NCBI GenBank assembly: GCA_963798845.1
Contig: CAWCUS010000006.1
Coordinates: 672,001-736,000 of the forward strand
DNA length: 64,000 bases
DNA from: an uncultured Gemmatimonadales bacterium
Lineage (GTDB): Bacteria; Gemmatimonadota; Gemmatimonadetes; Longimicrobiales; RSA9
Reading direction: 5' to 3'
In this document: one piece after another, positions 57,103 through 64,000 of the stretch
How positions within the stretch are numbered: position 1 is the stretch's first letter
Layout: every line of letters begins with the position of its first letter
The notes under the pieces: model-generated
What the model saw: the letters and a program-made list of their open reading frames with translations, nothing else
Database searches by the model: none
Told to the model about the DNA's origin: nothing
Made by a program: the position numbers and the translations under genes

Positions 57103-57955
57103 GTGACGCGGATCGGGCGAGGAGGCGGCGACGGTGCCGCAGGTTGGCGCGGCGTCCTGGCCTACGCGCTGCTGATCGTGGTGGCGCTCACGATGCTCGC
57201 GCCATTCCTCTACATGGTCAGCACGTCCCTCATGGACGAGCTGGAGGTCTTTCGTTTTCCGCCGCCGCTTCTGCCCGCCCACCCGCGCTGGCGGAACTAC
57301 CCGGAGGCGCTTACCGCGTTGCCGTTCGGCCGCTTCTTTCTGGTCTCCGGCGTGACCAGCGTCACGGTGGTGCTGGGCACGCTCCTGTCCTCCGCGACAG
57401 CGGGGTACGCCTTCGCGCGACTGGAGTTCCCGGGTCGTGACCGGGTTTTCCTGCTCTACCTCTCGACGCTCATGGTGCCGGGAATCGTGCTGCTCATCCC
57501 CCGCTTCCTGCTGGTCAATGCGCTGGGATGGGTGGACACCTTCCGCGGGCTGATCGTCACCGAGCTGGTGCAGGTCTGGGGGATCTTCCTCCTGCGGCAG
57601 TACTTCCTCTCCGTTCCCCGCGACCTGGAGGACGCGGCCCGGATCAATGGGGCGAGCGAATGGCGGGTGTTCACCCGCATAGCCCTCCCGCTGGCACGTC
57701 CGGCGCTCGCGACCGTCGCGCTCTTCATCTTCGTGGACCAGTGGAAGGGCTTCCTCTGGCCGCTCATCGTGACCCGCTCCATGGACATGCGGCCAGTGGA
57801 GGTGGGGATCGCCCGCTTCGCCGGGATCTACTACGCCAACTGGCCGTATCAGAATGGCGGTGTCCGTGCTGGCGATCCTGCCGATCCTGGTGCTGTTCCT
57901 GTTCGCGCAGCGGTACTTCATCCGGGGCATTCAGCTCACCGGTCTGAAGGGTTAG
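57103..57955 (+). CDS. Sugar ABC transporter permease, with a +1 frameshift at ~57853
   Basis: [28 protein letters not shown]; removing one A from CAGAATG restores [14 protein letters not shown]...[19 protein letters not shown]. Confidence 0.9.
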
Positions 57956-58054
57956 CCGGTCTCCAGGGAAGGGGCGGGGCCTCCGTCTTGCGGGCCGTGA
58001 CACTCCGGCCAAGGTTGAACGCCAGGTCCACCGATTCCCGACGGAGCAGAACCC

Positions 58055-60059
58055 ATGCGTCGCCTGATGATCCCCCTCCTCGCGCTCGCGGCAGCCGGGT
58101 GCGCATCCAATCCTCCCGCCACCGCGGCGCCACCGCCCGTGGCCGGTGGGATGCCGGCGGAGTCGGCGGGCGCGCGCCCGGTGCCGTATCCGGTGATCCC
58201 GCCGCCGTCGTTCGAAGGGGCCGTGTCCCGCAACACGCGCACGACATTCTGGGGAGCCCGGGTCTGCGTACTGGGAGCAGTGGGCGGAGTACGCCATCGA
58301 GGCCCGGGTGGACGTGGAGGCAAAGACGCTGGACGGCTCCGAGACCATCCGATACCACAACCACGCCCCGACGCCTCTGGCCGTGCTCGTGCTGAACGTG
58401 ACGCAGAACGTGCATGCCGAGGGAGTTGTGAGAAACGGGCCGGCCGAGGTGACCGGGGGGATGAACATCCGGCGGGTGGCGGTGAACGGGGAGGAGCTGG
58501 GGAAGACGGACAGCGAGCGCAACCCGGGGTGGGCGGTGGATGGCACGGTGATGTACATCGTTCCGCCTGACCCGGTGCAGCCGGGGGACACCGTCGACCT
58601 GGCGCTGGATTTCGATTTCAAGCTGCCGCAGTCGGGCGTGGGCGGACGCATGGGGTACAGCCACGACAACCTGCTGTACCTCGGCTACTGGTACCCCCAG
58701 ATGGCGGTCTACGACGACGTCATCGGCTGGCACGCCGAGCCGTTCCGGGGCAACGCCGAGTTCTACGCCGACTTCGGCGATTACGACGTAACCGTGGACG
58801 CGCCCGCGGGCTGGCTGGTCATGGGGACCGGGACCCTGGACAACGCCGACGAAGTGCTCCAGGGGGACGTCGTCCGGCGGCTCAGGCGGGCGGAGTCGAG
58901 CGACTCGATCATCCACGTGGTCACGCACGACGCCGGCGCGCATGCCACCGCGGACTCACCCGACGGCCGACTCAGCTGGCACTTCGAGGCCGACAGCGTC
59001 CACGACGTGGCGTTCGCCGTGATGAAGGACTTCGCCTGGGACGCCGCCCGCACGGACGTGGGCGACCGCGATGGCGACGGCCACGCCGACTACGCGCGCG
59101 TGGACGCATTCTGGCGACGGAACGCGCAGACGTGGGCGGAGGCGGCGCGCTTCGCGCAGCAGTCCATCGCCTTCCACTCCCGGTTCACCGGACTGTCGTA
59201 CGCGTGGCCGCACATGAGCGCCGTGGAGGGCGGCGGAATCATCGGGGGCGGGATGGAGTTCCCGATGATGACGCTGATCGGGGCGTACGAAGGGCGTTCG
59301 GACACGGCGCTGTACAGCGTGGTGGCGCACGAGCTGGGGCACGAGTGGCTGCCGATGATGGTCAGCTCGAACGAGCGTCGCTACGCGTGGATGGACGAAG
59401 GCACGACGACGTTCCTCGAGGACAACGCACAGGCCAGCTTCTATCCAGGGTCCGAGCCGTTCCTGAACGAGCAGCAGACGTACCTGCAGGTGGCGAAGGC
59501 GAGGGCGGAAGGGCCGATCATGCGCTGGTCCGACTTCCAGTACCCGGGTCCCGCCTACGGCGTGGCGTCGTATCCGAAGCCCGCATCGGTGCTTCACGCG
59601 CTCACGGGCGTCCTGGGCGAGGACACGTTCAACAAGGCGTTCCGCGCGTTCTTCGAGCGGTGGGCGTTCAAGCACCCCTACCCGTGGGACCTGTTCAACA
59701 CGTTCGAGGACGTGAGCGGTCGCGACCTGGACTGGTTCTGGCGCAGCTGGTACTACGAGAGCAGCGGGGACGGGAAATGGTGGCTCGACCAGGCGGTGTC
59801 GGACGTGACCCGGCTCGCGGACGGGCAGACCCGGGTCACGGTCCGGAACATCGGCTGGATCCCCATGCCGGTGCCGCTCACGGTCACGCGCGGGTCCGCC
59901 ACGAGCACCCGCACGGTTCCGGTGGACGCGTGGCTCGACGGAGCGGCCGCCGTCACGATCACGCTTCCCGCGGGCGATCCGGTGACGCGCGTAGAGATCG
60001 ACGCGGACCATTTCTTCCCCGACATCGATCGCTCCAACAACGTGTGGACCGGTGGCTGA
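58055..60059 (+). CDS. M1 family metallo-aminopeptidase lipoprotein, with a +1 frameshift at ~58247
   Basis: Lipobox AAAGC in ORF 58055; GMEFP, HELGH...WMDEG, YPKP in ORF 58308; removing one T restores TRTTSGEPGSAYWEQ. Confidence 0.9.
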
Positions 60060-60138
60060 GCCCCGCGGCCGGGAGGTCCGTGACGAGCGTCCGCGGGTTG
60101 CAGCGGAGCCGACGAGGCGCAGTCGCAGGGGACGGTGA

Positions 60139-61167
60139 ATGGCTCGACAGAAACGGTGGATGCGGCAGCCGCTCTCGTGGCGGCGCGGAGGCGCCATAGC
60201 ACTGCTGGTGCTCCTGATCGTGGCCGCCGCCTCGATCTACCTGGACAATGCCGGGACCACGGAGCTCCAGCCGGTGATCGATCGCATGAAGAGCCGCGGC
60301 AAGGAGCCGGCGGAGCTGGTGGCGACCATCGGGCGCAGTGCGCGGGTCGTGCTCCTCTCGGACGAGCACGGCCAGGTGGCGCCGAAACGGGTGGCGGCAT
60401 CCGCGATCCGCGCCATGGCCAGCGGCGCGGGGCTCGACGCCGTCGTCCTCGAGGTGCCGAGCGACGAGCAGCCCTACATAGACTCCTATCTCGCCAGCCC
60501 GGATGACAACGCCACGGTGCTGCTCTCCCGCCCGGCCGCCGTGCGGGAAGCGGACGGCACGGCGCGCGCCTACCTCGAGATCTATCGGGCCGTTCGGGCG
60601 GTGAACCGTGAGGTCGGGGCGGCCCGGCGCGTGGGGATCATCGCCGCGGATCTTCCCGGCTGGCCGCCGCCCGAAGGGACGCCGCCCGAGCGGGTGGCGG
60701 CCATGTACGCTCGCCGGCCCGCGCACATGCTGCGTCAGCTCGACGAGCGGCTTCTGTCCATCAATCCCGAGGCTCGCCTGCTGGTTTTCGTCGACGGGTA
60801 CCTCACGCTGCACGGCACCCGGGGAGAGCTCCGCTCGGCCGGAGGACGCGCGCAGGAAGTGACGTGGCTGGGGGACCTCCTGCGGCGCCGAGACGCGGGC
60901 GACACGCGCACCGTTCTGCTGGACGCGGGGCGACCCGGCGCCGGCGTGCTCGGGTCACTGCCCGAATACCGCGGCACCGCCCTCTTCCGCCCGCTGGGTC
61001 GCGCGCTCGGGAACGCGACCGGTATGCGCGTGGACGAATCCTTCGACGAGGTCACGGACCCCGTGCTCACGCCCGCGTCGCCGGGCCTGACTCTGGAGAT
61101 CCTGCCGCACGGGTACACGATGCACGACATCGCCGACGGCTACGTTTTCCTGGGAACGGAGCGGTAA
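60139..61167 (+). CDS. Hypothetical membrane-anchored protein, possibly ChaN/EreA/TIKI-like fold
   Basis: N-terminal TM; VVLLSDEHG, VVLEV, IIAAD, DGYVFL. Confidence 0.6.
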   Translation: MARQKRWMRQPLSWRRGGAIALLVLLIVAAASIYLDNAGTTELQPVIDRMKSRGKEPAELVATIGRSARVVLLSDEHGQVAPKRVAASAIRAMASGAGLDAVVLEVPSDEQPYIDSYLASPDDNATVLLSRPAAVREADGTARAYLEIYRAVRAVNREVGAARRVGIIAADLPGWPPPEGTPPERVAAMYARRPAHMLRQLDERLLSINPEARLLVFVDGYLTLHGTRGELRSAGGRAQEVTWLGDLLRRRDAGDTRTVLLDAGRPGAGVLGSLPEYRGTALFRPLGRALGNATGMRVDESFDEVTDPVLTPASPGLTLEILPHGYTMHDIADGYVFLGTER

Positions 61168-61225
61168 GGGAGCGTAGGCGCCGGCCGGCAGGGGTCGGGC
61201 CCACCGGCGCCTCCGTCCGATCGGC

Positions 61226-61441
61226 TCACGCCTGCTCCGCGGCCTGGTAGCCGGCGTCCGCCACCGCCGCGCTCATCTCCCGCGGGCTGGTCAGGCTCTC
61301 GTCGTAGTCCACCAGCGCCTTGCCGTCGTCCAGTTGCACGCGCGCACTGCGCACGCCGGACAGACCCTCCAGCGCGCTCTTCACGGTGTGCACGCAGTGG
61401 TGGCACGTCATGCCCGTCACATTCAATGTCGTTCTCGCCAT
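61226..61441 (-). CDS. copZ: Heavy-metal-associated copper chaperone
   Basis: VTGMTCHHC, DAGY; immediately downstream of copA. Confidence 0.9.
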   Translation of the reverse strand: MARTTLNVTGMTCHHCVHTVKSALEGLSGVRSARVQLDDGKALVDYDESLTSPREMSAAVADAGYQAAEQA

Positions 61442-61472
61442 TGTCGGCTCCCTTCGTTCAGGTTTCAGGAAA

Positions 61473-64000
61473 TCACCGGACCATCGTCGCCCTGCCCAGC
61501 CTGCGCAGACGCAGCGAGTTGCTCACCACGCTCACGGAGCTCATCGCCATGGCGGCGCTCCCGATCACGGGCGAGAGGAGGATCCCCCAGACCGGGTACA
61601 GCACGCCGGCCGCGATAGGGATCCCGATCGCATTGTAAATGAAGGCCCAGAACAGGTTCTGTTTGATCACGCGCATGGTTCGGCGCGACAGGTGGATGGC
61701 GTCGGGAACGCCGTTGAGGTCTCCGCCCATGAGCGTGATGTCGGAGGCCTCGAGCGCCACGTCGGTCCCGGTGCCAATGGCGATGCCGATGTCGGCCTGC
61801 GCGAGGGCAGGGGCGTCGTTCAGGCCGTCGCCCACCATGCCCACCTTGCGGCCATCCGACTGCAGCCGCCGGATCTCATCGACCTTCGCCTTCGGCAGCA
61901 CCTCCGCCACCACCCGGTCCACCCCCACGTCCGCGGCAATGGCTTCGGCCGTGGCGCGGTGGTCCCCGGTGAGCATCACCACCTCCAGTCCCATGGACCG
62001 GAGACGGCGGATCGCCGCCGCGCTCGACGGCTTCACCGGGTCCGCGATCCCGATCACGCCCAGCACCCGACCCTCGCTTCCCACGAACACCGGCGTCCTC
62101 GCCTTCGCCGCCATCCCCTCTGCGGCCTCCGCCAGCGCCCCGGGCTCCATGTCCTGCTCGGCCATGAACGCGCGGTTGCCCACGAACACCAGACGTCCGT
62201 CCACCACGGCTTCCGCTCCGCGGCCAGCCGTCGCGTAGAAATCCGCCGGCTCCGCGAGGAAGAGCTCGCGGGCGCGCGCTGCGTCCAGGATGGCGGCGGC
62301 GAGCGGGTGCTCGGACGCGGTCTCCAGCGATGCGGCCAGGCGGAGCAGCTCGTCGTCCGAGAAGCCGTCGCCGGACACGACCTCCACCACCGCCGGCTTC
62401 CCCTCGGTGATGGTCCCCGTCTTGTCCAGCACGATGGTGTCAAGCTTGTGGGCGGTCTCGAGCGACTCGCCACCCTTGAACAGCACGCCCCGCTCGGCGC
62501 CGGCGCCAGTCCCGGCCATGACAGCCGTGGGCGTGGCCAGCCCCATGGCGCACGGGCACGCAATGATCAGCACCGTGACGAACGTGACCAGCGCGTACAT
62601 GAACGCCGGCTGAGGCCCCACGATCCACCAGGCGGCCGCCGCGACCAGCGCGATGCCGATGACGACGGGCACGAAGATCCCGGCGATGACGTCCGCCAGC
62701 CGCTGGATCGGCGCCTTCGAGCCCTGGGCGTCGCGCACCAGCTTGACGATCTGGGCCAGCGCCGTGTCGCGCCCCACCTTCGTCGCCTGGAACCGGAAGC
62801 TCCCCTGGCCGTTCATCGTGCCGCCCACCACCTCGTCGCCCTCCGCTTTCCCGACCGGTAGCGACTCGCCCGTGAGGAGCGACTCGTCCACCGCGCTCCG
62901 CCCTTCCACGACCCGGCCGTCCACCGGGATCCGCTCGCCCGGTCGCACGACGACAATGTCTCCGACGACTACATCGTCAATGTCCACGTCCGCCGCTTCG
63001 CCGCCCCGGACCACGCGCGCGACGCGCGGCTGGAGACCGGCCATCTTGCGGATCGCCTCGCTGGTGCGCCCCTTCGCCCTCGCCTCAAGCATCTTCCCGA
63101 GCAGGATCAGGGCGATGATCATGACCACCGCCTCGTAGTACACGTCCGCCGGGAGCCCCGCCCGTGTGAAGACCCCGGGCGCCACCGTGGCCACGATGCT
63201 GTACAGGAACGCGGCGCCGGTGCCCACCGCGATCAGCGTGTTCATGTCCGAGCTGGCGTGGAGAAGGCCGCTCCACGCGCCCTTGTAGAACTGACGGCCG
63301 GCCCAGAAGACCACGGGGAGGGTCAACCCCAGCAGGATCCAGGTCAGCACCCGTGGATCGATGGCGTAGAGCCACGGAAGCGCCGAGGCGAGGACCTGGT
63401 TCACCGGCGCCATCAGATGATGGAACAGGTCGTTCTGCATCGCCGCGGAGTCGCGCGCCATCAGCGGCATGGACGCCAGCATCGCGAACACGCTCACCAC
63501 CGCCGCCAGGGAGAACTTGCTGCGCAGCGTCCGGTAGTCCCGCTCCCGCGCGATTCGCTCCCGCTCTGCCGGGTCCGCCACGTCCACGGGCGCCGCCAGC
63601 CTGTAGCCGGCCGCCTCCACCGCCGCCTCGAAGTCCTGCGGCGTCACGACGTCCGGGAGGTAGACGACCCGGGCCGTGCCGGTCGCGATGTTCACCGCCG
63701 CCGCCAGCACGCCCGTCAGCTGCTTCAGCTCGCCTTCGATCCCGCCTCCCGTCACCGCCATCTCCAGCCCCGCCACCTGGAGCTCGGTCTCCTCCAGGCG
63801 CGCGCCGTACCCCGCCGAGCGAATGGCGTCGACCAGGGACGTGGCGCTCGCCGACGACGGGTCGTACTCCACCGTCGCCCGCTCGGTGGCGAAGTTCACC
63901 CCCGCCGCCCGCACCCCCGCCGCTTTCGACAGCCCCTTCTGGACCCGCGACGCGCACGCCGCGCACGTCATCCCGGTCACCGGGATCTCCAGCTTCGCGA
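61473..64000 (-). CDS. copA: Copper-translocating P1B-type ATPase (5'-truncated by window edge)
   Basis: GMTCAAC, TGES, ACPC, DKTGT, SEHP, GDGLND, YN, MAMSS. Confidence 0.96.
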   Translation of the reverse strand, partial: AKLEIPVTGMTCAACASRVQKGLSKAAGVRAAGVNFATERATVEYDPSSASATSLVDAIRSAGYGARLEETELQVAGLEMAVTGGGIEGELKQLTGVLAAAVNIATGTARVVYLPDVVTPQDFEAAVEAAGYRLAAPVDVADPAERERIARERDYRTLRSKFSLAAVVSVFAMLASMPLMARDSAAMQNDLFHHLMAPVNQVLASALPWLYAIDPRVLTWILLGLTLPVVFWAGRQFYKGAWSGLLHASSDMNTLIAVGTGAAFLYSIVATVAPGVFTRAGLPADVYYEAVVMIIALILLGKMLEARAKGRTSEAIRKMAGLQPRVARVVRGGEAADVDIDDVVVGDIVVVRPGERIPVDGRVVEGRSAVDESLLTGESLPVGKAEGDEVVGGTMNGQGSFRFQATKVGRDTALAQIVKLVRDAQGSKAPIQRLADVIAGIFVPVVIGIALVAAAAWWIVGPQPAFMYALVTFVTVLIIACPCAMGLATPTAVMAGTGAGAERGVLFKGGESLETAHKLDTIVLDKTGTITEGKPAVVEVVSGDGFSDDELLRLAASLETASEHPLAAAILDAARARELFLAEPADFYATAGRGAEAVVDGRLVFVGNRAFMAEQDMEPGALAEAAEGMAAKARTPVFVGSEGRVLGVIGIADPVKPSSAAAIRRLRSMGLEVVMLTGDHRATAEAIAADVGVDRVVAEVLPKAKVDEIRRLQSDGRKVGMVGDGLNDAPALAQADIGIAIGTGTDVALEASDITLMGGDLNGVPDAIHLSRRTMRVIKQNLFWAFIYNAIGIPIAAGVLYPVWGILLSPVIGSAAMAMSSVSVVSNSLRLRRLGRATMVR

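Noticed and set aside
1..64000. Prophage, IS element, integron, anti-phage defence system, rRNA or tRNA
   Set aside because: No integrase, transposase, nuclease, reverse transcriptase or structural-RNA signatures seen; composition looks uniform by eye.

Overview
A 64-kb stretch of very GC-rich bacterial chromosome; gene style and lineage-typical hypothetical proteins suggest Gemmatimonadota (inference). It holds about 60 densely packed CDSs and no rRNA, tRNA, transposase, integrase, phage or CRISPR locus that I can see. Housekeeping content: hutU (partial), clpP, udk, Hsp20, a PAS-GGDEF-EAL protein, thyX, a caa3-type cytochrome c oxidase operon, nadC-nadA, a serine-biosynthesis operon (HAD phosphatase, class-V aminotransferase, serA), a uppS operon, many peptidases (M50, M23, S58/DmpA, S9, M28, M1) and copZ-copA (partial). 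Accessory content: a TipA-led stress/detoxification run (36.6-47.8 kb) and a sugar-utilisation locus (two large glycoside hydrolases, an outer-membrane beta-barrel and an ABC transporter). Most notable: (1) four +1 frameshifts (thyX, cox subunit III, an ABC permease, an M1 peptidase) all fall in the same CRGATG context, pointing to motif-specific basecalling errors and possibly a DNA-modification motif; (2) a three-domain ABM + DinB + YfiT/BstA ORF; (3) a TipA-type MerR promoter/operator; (4) a recurring GGG-N5-CCC intergenic dyad upstream of respiratory genes; (5) a DapB-like protein lacking the catalytic histidines; (6) a 9-unit intergenic minisatellite. All family calls come from motif recognition by eye, not database searches.
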